A stretch of DNA of 64,000 bases from Antedon mediterranea (taxonomy: Eukaryota > Animalia > Echinodermata): the NCBI RefSeq assembly GCF_964355755.1, contig NC_092674.1:7936001-8000000 (forward strand), written 5' to 3'. The translations under genes and the position numbers were made by a program. This document shows positions 38,001 through 51,589 of this stretch, piece by piece. The notes below the pieces were generated by a model that saw only the letters and a list, made by a program, of their open reading frames with translations, was not told where the DNA came from and searched no databases. Position 1 is the stretch's first letter. Each line of letters starts with the position of its first letter.

Positions 38001-40555
38001 AATACAGACACCCGTCTTATCGTCACACACTCCGCCATTATAACATACGGGACAGTCCATTTCACAATCTGGAGGATTCCATTTTGGCGAAGGACAAGCT
38101 AATATACAATATAGAAAACAATTTAAATGACTTGTAATAAATTGAGCGAGTTTCCTAAGCCTACCAGAAATGCTACGTGTTGGCCTATAAGGATAAATAT
38201 AATAAAATAAAATTAATAATATTTTATCAGTAAATCATCACACACAATAAATTCTTTTTATTATGTGAAGTTATTTATCAGACCCAATCTAATATAGTGC
38301 AACAATAGTCCTGCATTTTATCAGAATTCGTTGTACACATCTGTATAGCTGAAGAGATAAGTAATGGCTACAAATATACCTAATGATAAGCAAGACAATT
38401 TGGATTTCCTTGAAAAAAGTAGGCATATAACTGTTAAAACCTACCTCTAACAATCAGCCTCATGATACCATGGTTACCATCAGGACTATCACCTGTATAA
38501 CATTCATATACGCCATCATCTTTTCTTCGTATGTTTTCAATCACAACAGACGTATTACCCCTTAGATTGTGTATTTCCTCACCGTAATTATGTCTCCAAC
38601 GTAAATCATTAAGATCATCACCTTTACTGAGATTGACCGTGACAAACTCTCCAATACCGACCGTTATCGTTCTGTACTCAATTACAATATTTGCTGTAAA
38701 ATAATAATTGGATAATGAAAAAATCTATACTTTTATTTACGTAGAATTAGTTTAACGTAGTTCTATGAACAATCCTAAGATAATTTTACAATTAAAGATA
38801 TTGTGGGGAAAGCTTGCCCATACTCACCAGAAGTGGATGTTATTACAATTGCTGAATTTGTGACTATTCCAGTTTTATTAGCTTCAAATGAGAAGACACC
38901 AACTCTTTCAGTTTGACTTTGTAAGTTAGTAACACCCAGTGAAGTGTGGGAGTCGAATACCCGGTATGTAATACTGCTACTTGTGTGAAATATTTTACCG
39001 TCTGGCATATCTATCGTTTGCTCTCTTCTAGCACCACTCTCGTCGGCAGACGTATCAGCCCAAGTCACGTTATCTTTCCCATCGATATTCTTGTATAATA
39101 TTCCAATTGATAAATTTCTAATGTCTTTGTCGTCTTGAAGTGCATATCCACGAAAATAACTATTACCAGATGTCGTCAGTGGTGTGCCAGAAAAACATGT
39201 TAAAATCTAATGGATCTGAAAAGAAAATGGCAATCGGTCAATTTACTGCAATTACCATACTTATTGGTATCCTTGTCACCTGAGGCAACTAATCTACACT
39301 TGACGTTCAATGAAGGGGGCTCTCTAAGTTTTAGATAGAGAGTTAAATATGGTCAATTTCTATTAGGGAGTTAGTGATATTGTAGTATGCGAGAATGTCT
39401 CCAGTTACAGTGTAATTTCAATCTTTTATATATGCATATAGAATTAAGATAGCGAGTTGCCAAGGTAGGCCTTAAACAAAATGACTTTTTACAAACATCT
39501 TGATCATGAATGGGCTTTTGATGAAGTATTCCAAACAATTATTGAGAGTAAATGATTTATTCAATCAAGTTTCAGCTGATAAATAGAAATTTGCCCAGAG
39601 TACAAAAATATCAGGTCACATACGGCAAACATATTTAAAAAGCGTAAATACAATTTTTTTTAAAAAGATACTCAGAACTATTTTTTAGTCATGTGGTGCA
39701 ACGCGACTCTACAGCTCACTATGTCGGTCGGTTGGTCGGTCGGTCGGTTGGTCGGTCGGTCGGTCGGTCGGTTGGTTGGTCGGTCGGTAAACACTAACTT
39801 GAGCACGCGGCTGCAGCCATGTATATGGGCTTGTTAAAAATACGAACATCAATTAAGAGTAGAAGAGTAAGTAACTAAAAGTATTGGTACAATAAATCCG
39901 AGAGGGATGTGTGTCGACACCCGGAAATTATTAGAAGGAACCTTAAAGGGAAGGAACATTTAAAAGTAATCATTGGATGAATACAGGTATAAAAGGCGCA
40001 ATGATTTGACCATTAAGAGAAGAACGCAGGCGGACCGACAAACAACCCAGAATTTTAACCAGACATTTTAAATCTAGAATTTTAAAACAAATACGTATTC
40101 CTAAAATTCACATGTAATTAAATGGTAGATTTATTTTTAGTCGCGAGCGTGCAACACGACTCTACAGCTCACTATGTCGGTCGGTTGGTCGGTCGGTCGG
40201 TCGGTAAACACTAACTTGAGCACGCGACTGCAGCAGCCATGTATATGGCCCTGCTCACTTTAAAACCAATACTTAGTTTTAAAAATCCCATGTAAAAGGT
40301 AGATTATTTAGGTCATTCAGGCCACTAATACTTCCCTAGAATATCATGAAATATATAAATTAATTATTTTACGATAAACTCTCTTTGTTCGGAAGACTTT
40401 CGTATAATTATTTTAAACATTATAGATTAGAACCACTCATTGTAAACTATTAAAAACAGCAATTAATCATAAAGCATACCTGATACTCCTAGTTCACAAG
40501 TCAAACTGAGAGTTATGACTAGATAAAACAAAATTGGAAAGCGTTTGGTCAACAT
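29092..40555 (-). CDS. Gene D: Tie-like ectodomain + TM + Tyr-rich tail + single D2-type PTP domain, ~1170 aa; 1-bp frameshift in exon 2 (young null allele or assembly error)
   Basis: Exons: 40480-40555, 38828-39215 (388 nt, extra base near 39202-39205), 38445-38693, 37964-38098, 37693-37833, 37305-37436, 36763-36903, 36221-36532, 35998-36065, 33832-34072, 33420-33704, 32917-32995 (TM), 32233-32707 (tail). PTP exons: 31587-31686, 31048-31121 (DYVNAA), 30544-30795 (TIDFWRLV), 30017-30171 (WPE...ITVHC), 29360-29495 (TDGVSRSG...VDVFQ), 29092-29175 (QYNFCY). Confidence 0.75.
34153..35693. mobile_element. Non-autonomous Kolobok-like DNA transposon (1541 bp) in a gene D intron
   Basis: TTAA TSD at 34149-34152 and 35694-35697. 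TIR AGGGGGGATTTGGGTTTAAAAT / ATTTTAAACCCAGAATCCCCCT. Empty site TTTAGC-TTAA-TCCTG in paralog E at ~49440. TTAA TSD with purine-purine termini fits Kolobok rather than piggyBac. No transposase ORF. Confidence 0.85.
39683..40254 (-). mobile_element. Two short HINE-like copies (~39683-39835 and ~40134-40254) in gene D intron 1
   Basis: Both read ...GACTCTACAGCTCACTATGTCGGTCGG(n)TAAACACTAACTTGAGCACGCG...GCCATGTATATGG. Not seen in the E intron 1. Confidence 0.7.
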
Positions 40556-41434
40556 CTTAACTATGATTAGAAAATGTTGACTTGTAGCTAATACTAAAAT
40601 AACTTGTGAATAATAAGGAAGTAAAGCATATTTAAAAAATCAGTTTTCCAGCAAGTATCCCGGGATGTTTGTAATATAGAACCATTGTTTGCATTGTTAC
40701 AGAGTTTATATGCTTCAATTGATTTTGGCAATAATAACTAGAAAAATCAACGCCCACACCAAACTAATATATGCAGGCCAAACAAATTCTCTCGACTGTG
40801 GCTAATTATTCAATTGTACCTGATTGATGTATTTCGCTTCTTAAATCTTTTACCTCATAAAGGATCGAATCAAAATGATAATAAACCAGCAACAGATTCT
40901 AAAGTAAAATAAAATCAGTTTGTGTTTTATGAGTGAGTATGTGTGTGTATTTTGTGCTTGTAAATATTAAAATACAGATTGTAATGACTAAAAACAATCA
41001 TTAATTTTAAAAGAAAACAATATTAATTATTTCGATTTTTTAAATAGTCACAAGTAACACAAGTCACAAATCAGTTTATTTCATCCATAAAGAAAAAAAA
41101 ATACACAGCAAAAAATATACAAAAGGATCAGGTAGACTTCCATTAAGGCCAAAAGCCGCATGCATGGATACCATCCGAACATTTTAAATAATATATAATT
41201 CTGTAGAAAGTAAAATAGGGCCTACTAGGTTTTGCCTTTTCTAGGATTTCCCTCTGATATTGGTTTCAAATTCGTATGTAGAAAATTTCGGTCAATAAAC
41301 TTCTGACGACAAGTAGGCTTAAAAAAATAACGACAATCATTCGTACTTTATTCACAACACATATCCCCACCAATCTTTCTCCGTTAAGAAAATGTTTAAG
41401 AAATTATTTAATGATTTATAAGGTATATTGCAAG

Positions 41435-41692
41435 GAAAAATTTAAAAACTCATCTTTTTGCTCAAGCTTATACATATAGGAGTCATAGGCCTAATTCTTT
41501 CCATTTTAAATTCGCATTTTTATTGTGCATTTAATCTGAGGTGATTCCACACTATAAGCATTTAAAAGCGCCTTGAACACCTTTAGTGGTGGTCGTGCGC
41601 TCTAGAAATCTGCATCATTATCATCGTCGTCGTCGTCGTCATCATCGCCGTCGCCGCCATCGCCATCGTCATCATCATCATTATCATTATTA
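41435..41692 (+). mobile_element. 3' end of an L2/CR1-type LINE with (CAT/CGT)n tail
   Basis: Reads KNLKTHLFAQAY, typical of an ORF2 end, followed by GCGCCTTGA...GCGCTCTAGAAAT and a trinucleotide tail. Confidence 0.55.
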
Positions 41693-42309
41693 CTTCCCTC
41701 TATGGGGATTATTATTCAAAGTGACTTTTTATTGGGGACGTTTATTCAAATAAATACCATCCTAATAATTAATACATTATTTAATTTAAACATCTCTTGA
41801 AACTAACTTCCGCGATAGAGTGGCCCAAGAAGGAAGACGTTTTAGACGGCTTGCAACATGAGCAGACGTATCCCGGTCCTAACGGGACACAGATAGCCCA
41901 CAGTTTTATTCCTGTCAGCTTATTCAATAAAACTCTTTGTCCCGAAGTTTTTCCATTGTGCTCGCCTATGTCAGAATTAACCATAATTTATATATAGATT
42001 ACTTCATGATTCTATAAATCAATCATGCATAATATATATATAACGTTATATCACAGTAGCATTCAAACGTTATATGTGTATGTAAAATATATAATACAAT
42101 GTTCTGCTTTCTGATTACTGTAGCTTAGCAACAATTATTTGCTGACAATATTATAAACAAGTCAATTTCAGAAAACAAAATAAGGAAAGCAAATCAAATC
42201 AAACAATTGTAATCATTTGGACATCCGCGCTATTCCACCATCTCTCCCTATATCCTAATCATTGATTCCAAACTAGTAATTTATGCCTACCTATTCATAG
42301 CATACGTAC

Positions 42310-42385
42310 CTGATAATCCATATTGGCACGTCAAAAAAAGAGTTATAACCCGGAGGAACAACTTTGGGAAACAATTATTCAACAT
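42310..42385 (-). other. Orphan or alternative signal-peptide exon of the family
   Basis: 76-nt ATG exon MLNNCFPKLFLRVITLFLTCQYGLS(G) with GTACGT donor, the same length and phase as the other first exons. No Ig1 exon of its own was found. Confidence 0.7.
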
Positions 42386-45124
42386 CTCGACTAGCATTGA
42401 CACTCGTGTATTCCAGAATCCAAAAATGGCTTGTATATTTTTAACGTAAGTACACTTTATCTAAAAGTAAAATACCGTATAAGTATTGTTATACTGTGTA
42501 TAACCAGTAGTCTTCACTAAATACAACTGCAGTGTTTCCTTTTGTATTCAAGAGTCACTTATTACCTCGTAAAACAATATAACGAACATAGTTCCTACTC
42601 GTTTATATAATTGTAACGTCAAAAGCATTCATCACATACAAAAAAACGAGATTTATTGTTTCCTTGTGAATTTAGATATCTATAAAAGTATGCTTAATTC
42701 TAAGATAAGCAAGCATAATGCAAATTGTCGTAATAATTAGGTTTTGATGTTAGAAAGTTCTTTCCACTCTTTGAATGTTTGCGTTTGATTATTTCATGTA
42801 TATTTTATTTAAATATACCCAAATTGTTGAATTTATTTATATTCAGGATTATTTATATAAAACAAAAAACTTACCAATTCTTCTGGTGCCGTTTCCACGA
42901 CAGCTATTTTGTTTACGATTGCTTTAAAGTATTGTATCTTGGTTCAACATCTTACCGAAAACATTCAAACCTTTCATTTAATCGTCAGTCAACGTTTTAC
43001 TTGTTTATGTTCATTTTCTTCAAGAAAGTCATGTTTACTCCACAAACACAAACTTTTCATTTACATTATTAAGAGGTGAACTTATTTTGGGCAGATAATT
43101 TGGATCTTTAAAATGTGTTTTTGTTGCAAATCAGCAACATAGTTATTCAGAAATGTTAGTTTTAATTGCTAAAGGATTTATAATTATATCAATCATCGCT
43201 TATATCGATTTCCGAATGAATATCATGAAAAGCTGTCTATTTAACACGAAAATTCTGGCTGGAAGAGTCCCACTCTTCTCTTATGTTTAATATCCTAACA
43301 GAGACCTACGCCTCAGCTTTGACTTTTGAAGTTGATTATGTGTGTAAATATGCCACAAAAACCAAACTATTATTCACACACAATAATTATTATGGTCAGT
43401 GATGAAAATATAGTTTTTAAACAATTATCATTTATTTTAGTAATATTTAATTTATTATTAATTAATATTTATAAAGTGTAAACGTGCCTTAAATTAAATT
43501 ACAAAGAAATACATTAAATATCAAATTAGATAAAATAATACACCTTCACCTAATTCGAGATATTACAACATATTTATATACTGATAAAGTTGTATCATTA
43601 TGAGTTCGATATTTGTAGGATAGGCCTACAGTTTTCTACATTTGTGTGCGTGTGTGTATAATTGGATTGCAGACCGTTTTAGTATGTTCAATATAACTTG
43701 TGTGTACATAAGCTTCAATCATAATATTACTTGTAGTGGTTTTCATTTCGATCCTTCCCGTGTTTAGTTTATTTCATTTAATAAAGTAAATATCTGTCAA
43801 CAAGTGTTCACAAGACACAAAAAAAGTATGATTCATATTCAATATTATCCGCCAGTGATGAAAGTTTGTTTAATTTCAATCTTCCTTAAAGTAGAATACT
43901 ATTTATTTTATTTCTCCTTGAATCTTAATGTTTGTTCAATGTATTTGTCTATTGCGTATTTGTATAGTACTTGTCAACTTTCGTTGCTAATGAACAGAGT
44001 GCTTTCATTTTTACAACAATACACTCGTAGCAGACTACTGTAGCAGACTACTGTAGCAGATGTCGAGTAAAAGAGTACTTCTGCGCATGTTCATATCTTT
44101 TCTTAGTATGCGTAGGTTAGTGGAGCGTGTAAACGAAAGTTTCCTATGAAAAAGAAATGTCTCTTTTCTGCTTAGGGTTATCGAAATAAAGCTGTTAGAA
44201 ATGGGTACTTTTCTAAATAATGGTTTGCTGATAGAATATGTATTTTGCAGTTGCCACTGTTGTTGAAACTCAGTTAATAAATCTATTGACTTCATTTTAT
44301 TTTTATTCCGATAATCCGTTGCCATCATCACACGTTCTCAGATAACATAATGCAGCGTCATAGCAAAAGTTGTATTGGACCTAAATTAGTAAAATAATTA
44401 TAAAACTACTGTTAAATACAAAGTACTACGTTCACGTAATGTGCTTGTTAGATTTGAGTTAGTCCAGGGTTCACTCTTTCTCCCCCCCCCCCCCCTGGTT
44501 ACGTATATAATTTTCTTATAAAATAAATTTCCTCACTATTAAAACTAAATAAAACAATTACCTCAGAGTCCACCATAGTGGGGCATGCTGACCGCAGTGC
44601 TTTAAGCGTCTGGAATATATCCACCACCTTGTCATCTCGCATTTTCTCGATCATAGAATAAACTAGACAAAACAACCCTGATCTGGAAACACCGTCTCTA
44701 GAGATTGATATAGATTGTGTTTTTTTAGTTTTTATAAATTGAATCTAAAACTGACCAACTTACAGGCCCGCAGTGTTTCCGCAGCTCCAAATTAACTGAT
44801 AATTAGCCGATAACCGGGGTTTACCGATTCTACTCTAAAAATTAACCGATAATTATCTCATTCAAATCGGATAATTATCGGGGAAATGCGATAATGTTTT
44901 AACCTTTGACCAGAAGAAAAATGTTTGTGTTGTGAGTGTGTACCTAGTTGTTTTGTAATGAATGATCATGCGCACTTTATTTTTTAATTGATTACCTGAT
45001 TGGTTGACAAATTTACCGACAATTTTTTTTTTTTGGATGCGGAAACACATGTCATGTGTCTACGTTGAAAACACAAATATTAATTAACATAATTATAAAA
45101 CTGCAATATTTTTAGTATTACATA

Positions 45125-45266
45125 ATAATAATAATAATAATTTAGGTATTTGTATAGCGACAGAATAAACTAAACCGAAGTAAAAATCAAAGATGCGTTT
45201 TAAGTTCTTTTTTAAAAATAGCAATAGAAGTTGATTTAGTAAAATGACGATGGAGAGAATTCCAAA
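45125..45266 (-). mobile_element. 5'-truncated CR1/L2 LINE fragment present in E only
   Basis: Minus strand reads LWNSLHRHFTKSTSIAIFKKELKT with a (TTA)n tail. Absent at the matching D site (~29910). Confidence 0.6.
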
Positions 45267-48200
45267 GATGACAAACTGCTGTAGAAAGAATACGCTACAT
45301 TTTCCTTTACTAATATATTAATATATTCTAATAACAAGTAGTAGAGAATATTTAAATTTATACCCACGTGCAATGAACAGTGATCGATGTATTGGTAGAA
45401 GACGTAGCACGTCCTTCCATTATCGTCATAATGAATTTAACAAATGCATCAATTTCAGGAACAGGTTTACTTTCTGGCCATTGGTTAACCTCATACAGAA
45501 TAATTTGCTGTACATTGTTATTCTACAAACACAAAACAAGGAATTATTAGTTTGAATTTTACTTACTGTTATTTGTTGTTCTTTGTTCAAATTGCTGTTT
45601 TCGCGATAACCATTTTATTTAAACGTTTTCTGTTTTTTTCCCTCCTGTCTTAGGAATTATGTAAACAATTGTTCTACTGCAATTACTCCATTAATTACAT
45701 CGTTTACTGCAATAGGAATAATCTTAGTTGGTTTCAGTGCAGAGATGTAGGTATCTATTATAATGTAATCTTCAAAAGAATCTTGCTTACATTTGTCTGT
45801 AAAATGTAAAAATATAGATACTGCTGTAACTCATGCATTACAATAATTTTGACATGGTACTTCAACAAAATATAACTAGAAAAAATGTAGTAACCTTTCC
45901 TAGATTTAATTTTCTCTCAGTCATATATTCGTTCTGAAAGTTTGACTTAGCAGTCACGGTTAATTCACCAAATGGTTGTTTTTGGTTGATCTTTTTCGGG
46001 AGGTACATGGCACTCGTTAGGTCTTCCATCTAATGTAGTTGTACAATGACGTCAGATTTAAAATCAAACACCAAACGCCAAAAATCGATCGTGGTATCCG
46101 ATAATGGTGTCCGAGTAACAACAAAAGCACGGCGACCCTTGTGACGCTAGGGTATAAATAAAAGATAACACCGGAAAATATTTGTGTTAAAATAAGTATT
46201 TAAAAAAGAGTATTTCTTCTATAATTGTCTTGCATGTGAATATTACTATCTTTACAAATTGCTTTTGAGATCTTTTTTCATTTATTACGTTCTCATATTA
46301 ATTGAGAAACAACATGTTTTTAGGTTCAGTTTGATTTCAAATAGCGCTAGCTTATGCCCCTCGCTTTCCTTTGAATGAGACGTTCACGTCCTCATACCTC
46401 AATGAGCGCAGCATTTACGTAATCTGCACCACTGCCAACATCCGGATTTAGTTGAAAACATCTTTTAGTCACTGTGATAAATTAAATAATATTAAGAAGC
46501 TTAATTAATTGATCTACTAATAATCGGGCTTATATAGTCGAGGTTCTAATCCTCATAAAAATCGTGATCATATTTAATAATCTTTGATGAACACATGCAA
46601 TTCAAAATGGCCATAAAAAAACCGGCTGAAAATTACTACATTACACCATTGAACCGTTCTTAATTGTGACGTTATGTTCTTGCTGTATAATAATAACCAC
46701 ATTATATTTAAAAACTTTTTTTATCAATAATAGTCAACGTATAGTAATAATTGGTCAGTTGTTTGCCCTACTTTTACGTAATTTGTACATACCGAGAATT
46801 CTCGGGTACATTATCATCAACATTGTTAATTACACTGATGTATTAAGTATGTAACTTACGGAACAAAACATTATGAAATGTGTCCTGGCAACTGATATCT
46901 TGTCGTCTAGTTTGTGACGCAAGATCTTCACCAGGATGTGGAAGCAAATTACGCAACGTCTGCGAATAAATGCATTGTTTAATACAAAATGTTTATCCGA
47001 ATCGTATATTCGTCATCGATGTCACAACCAACATTGCTACTATTAGTCATAGCCATTTCCTTTTTTTTTTTGCTTTTTATTTGTGTGCTTAAAACGCAGG
47101 CGAAAGAAATCCAATTTACTATTTTGTCGTTAAATATGTTCTTCTTTTTTTAAATTTTCATAACATAACGTGTTAGGCAATGTATTGCTCCCCCTTTTGT
47201 ATGAAATTCATTAAATAAGACTCATTAGGTAATTTAAGAATTGGCAGTCAGTTTTATGTGTGTTTAAAACTCGAGAGAAAGAAACGTATTATTTCATTGG
47301 GAAATATTTTATATTTTTTTTTCTTTTCTATGTATTTTATCATTTTTTAATAACTTTATGAATTCAATTTTCCTGTTTTCGTTTATGCTTTATTAAATAA
47401 GACTAATTAGTTAAACAAGACAGTCAGACATTAATTCTTTGTAATATAGAGAGATTCGTTCTGGTGTTGATTCTGAGAGGATAATGGGTAATTAATTTAA
47501 AAATTAGAACAAATCATGCTTTACCTCAAATTCTTTCTTTAATTGATGCTTCGTTACATAGCCATGCAGTTCGGATAACTCAATAGGTTTATAGTCTTCA
47601 TTTTTAGATTCTGTGACATCATAAACAAGGTCCGGCTCAGGTTCAGGGTCAGCGTATACGGGTTCAGTAGAAGAAGCAGCAACTTTTGATTTAATATTAG
47701 TATATTCAATTTTATTTTCAAATTTTGTGACGTCATAAACATGTTCAGGTTCCGGCTCTAAATCAGAATCTGGCTGTGTGTATACGGCCTCAGCACGGTT
47801 CACATAGGCATGTTCAGGCTCTTTCTCGGGTTTTGTGTATACATACATGGCAGAAGATTTAGTGGCAGCAGTAGACTGAATACTTTCATATTCTCTTTCT
47901 TTTTCAGATACATTTTGATATTCCGTATCTACAGTGCTTAGGCCTATATTCTGTTGACTAGTTGAAGATTTACCAACGTTGCCTTTGGAAAACAAGTGTC
48001 TAAATCTGAAATGAACAAATCATAATGTTTAAAAGAATGTATGTGTACGTCATCATCATTTTGATATTCTCTGTAATGGTTTTTTTTTAATTTTGTTAAT
48101 GCAGATATTTGTAATATTTACAATTTAGTATGATATTATTTTTGTAATACTGTATTTATTATCTGAAATATTTTTTTAAGAATATTTCTGTAAAAAGTAT

Positions 48201-51200
48201 TATAATACTTACCGTTTAAATATTACCAAAATGATTGCTACTGCGGCAACTATGGAAATTAGTGAGCCAATTACAACTCTTATTACGGTACCTAGAAAAT
48301 TATTTAATGCTTAATATGTTCATAAAGTAGTCATTTGAGGAGGGGGGGGTAGCAAAACAGTACAAAGGAAAATGTAAGAAATTAAGGGAAAAAAGAGAAG
48401 TAATATGATTAAAGAAATATATATATTTGAAGACAAATATTACTGATTATTTGTAATGTATTTAATTATGATGTGAAGGAATAAAGTGGTGGTTTACGCC
48501 ACAAAGGAGAGAAAAAAACGTAGTCATTAGGCATAAGTTATAAAAAAAAACAATGGCTTTAATAGAAAAAAATATTTATTTTTTTATATTAAAATGTTGT
48601 TTACCTATATAATCCATTCAAAGTTCAATATTTTTCTTCGTAGGACTAAGATTTTCGATTTTTATAGTTACTGAATTCTATTCACAAAGCACAAACAGTA
48701 AGGAACTAACCTTGCTTCTTTTGATCACAATCTGTACCAAAGATAATGGTCATTACGTCAGATGTCCCTCTTACGTTTAAATAAGACGCTAAAACTGTGA
48801 ATGTATATTCTATACACGAATCAATGCCTTCGTCAAAAACAACTTCAGTTTCTGTTGTAGTTCCTTGCTGAAATATTCCACCTGATAGTTCATAATGGTA
48901 GGTCACCTGATAGTCTGGAATGTCACATGTAGAAGCGTTCCACTTCATCAGTAAATGTGTTCCATTTGCAAATGAATTGCTTTGTATCGATGGCTCTATT
49001 ATTTGAAAAAAGAATAAATATACTATATTAAAAATAATTACTGTGATTATTAGGACTATCCTATGAGTAAATCTTTAGATTGAATACAATATAGTTAATA
49101 ATAGGAATAAGCATACCTGAGGGCGATGTTTGTACCGTTATGTCCTCTCCCCAATTACCAGCAATCTCTAAGTTATTAACAACTCGAGCGTTTACGACAT
49201 AATCTGTACAGCTTGATAATCCTGATAGTTGAACTTCTAATTGAGAACTGCTTGTTGTGTTGACTACACTTAGTATATTTCCATCTATGTCCGAGTACTT
49301 CACTTGATATCGAAGGATATAGTTACACTGAATTCGTTCATAATCACTAGAAACAGGCTGAATTATATAAAATAATACGTCAGAAAGAATGAGAATGAGA
49401 ATAAATACTTTTTCAGACATAGGCCAATAGAAATTTAGCTTAATCCTGTTAGCGGATAAAACAAGTTTACGAAAATTCCATTTACGTAAGTGAATGATTT
49501 GTGGAATTATCCTTGTCTACAGCAGCTCTCCGTAAAAAATGTAGGCCTATACAACACGTAAGTCAATTATAATTATATACAATTTTCAAACCTACTACTG
49601 TAGTTCAGGGGAATGGGTTTGTTTCCCTTTACTGGGATTGGAGTAAGAAACCGGCATCTATCAACGGAAAAACAGGAAACAGGATTGATATACTATTATT
49701 TACACCAAGCAAAACGTGTGAACAAAAAAAAATACTTTAAAACCTCTAAACACAATTTGACCTGGTTTTCTTCAACAGATTTCAGTTCTATCTCAGGTTC
49801 TTCCAAAGGTTCTATAACATAAAGAATGAAATTGCTGAGCAAACAGAAATCATGACGACATGCTTTATTAAATCGCTTCTGTATAAATATAGTTTAAAAT
49901 GTATTCTCAAAATGCACATTATAAAAATGTAAAAGTAGTCCAATATGTTTCAATTTTATAACTGACCTTCACAGATTGTGTTAGTTGTTCCAAGTGCACT
50001 TCTTGGTCCATCTACCTCAATACCACCAACCATCCTCGAAAATTGAGAGTAAAATTGGTATTGTGTATTTGGGATGAGATTATTGATAACAAATAATACA
50101 TCGTTATCTGGTTTAGCCATGGATATAAATGAATCCATTTGAGATGATTTGTACTCAAGCTTCCGTTTTGTGATTGTGCCTGTTCCATAGTCTTCACCAG
50201 GAATCCAAGTGACGTCAAAAGTTAAGGTAGTTGCTGTCTGATTTATATCACGTTGCGATTCAGTGTGGTATGGTAAAGCTATTTAATAAAACACATATCT
50301 GTGTATATTTTAAACAAAAACGGTGCTTTTTAATTTAACTTATATTAATAAAACAATATAAACATGTAAGCATGGAAGGTGATTTTTTTTTTCGTTCACC
50401 TTTCTTCACCCTCTCCATTTCTCCTTTCTCCCAACTTTAAATTCAGAAAAGTATCTCAAAGCTTAGGGTCTAATTATTCCTCATAATATAAATAAATGTG
50501 TGTCGTTACCTATGCTGCAATTTGGTTCAGCCCAAGCCTCGTGACATCCATTAGTACAACTTCCATCTCGATTACACTCTTCAGAGTCTTTGCAGTGACA
50601 TGGGAAGTTACACAAGACACCGAAGTATCCGGATTGACATGACACAGGCTCTTTACAAAAAAAAATATGATTATTATGTTTGTCATTAAAACTATTTAAC
50701 TCCAAAACTAATACAAGCTTCTGCAATTGTCTAAATCTAAAGAACATATGCTATAGGTTCTTTGCTCAATCTTATCACATTCGGTACAGCTCATTAGGAA
50801 GTATACTCTACAGTTAGAGGGAAAATGGCACTGTGGTCATGTTAACAATATAGATTATCTGATCAAATTCCTAGAAAGTAGGAAACATTTTGCCATTTTT
50901 TCCTGACTGTTCATGGTTCTCACACAAAAATAAGACTGTACAGTATTTTCAAGGTTGTTTTTCTTTCTACATGGTAAGTTAACAATATTTACAAAGGAAA
51001 CATAAAAATGATAATAAAAGAAAATGGTATCAAATTGTCAAATATCATTACCTAGACACCTGTCACCGGTGTAGCCAAACAAACATGTTGACCCAGAAGT
51101 ACATCCTGTATCTTGGGTACAACTGATGATATCACAGTTACATTTTTCCCGACAACCAGCTCCATAGTACCCATCCTCACAAACTTAAAAACATAAAATG

Positions 51201-51589
51201 AAGAACTTGTGTGCGATAACTCATGTCATGTCTCATGTTTCACATAGAAAATATAGGCCTATTAGTAACAATATACACGACCAATTATTAAATAAATATT
51301 AATTAGGCCTACATTATAAAACATACTATTCAACAAACCATTACCATAACTAACGAAAATTGTTAAAGGATTTTAGTATAATTGCTTTTCTGATCTTTGC
51401 TGATACATATGATATAGACCTAATTAAAATCTAACCTGTATCACAATCACTTCCTCCAAAACCATTGATGCATGCACAACCAACTGGATCAGGTGGACAT
51501 AAGAGAAATCCTCTGCAATTTCCAGTAGAAGAACATACAACTTTGCATTCACGACCCCAGTTGTTATTTCCACAGCCTCTTAGTAAACA

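Noticed and set aside
6042-48005. Calling these genes TIE1/TEK or a named PTPR
   Set aside because: No kinase motifs (GxGxxG/VAIK, HRD, DFG) were seen after any TM exon, and the copies are multiple and lineage-specific. Orthology is unsupported, so no symbol is given.
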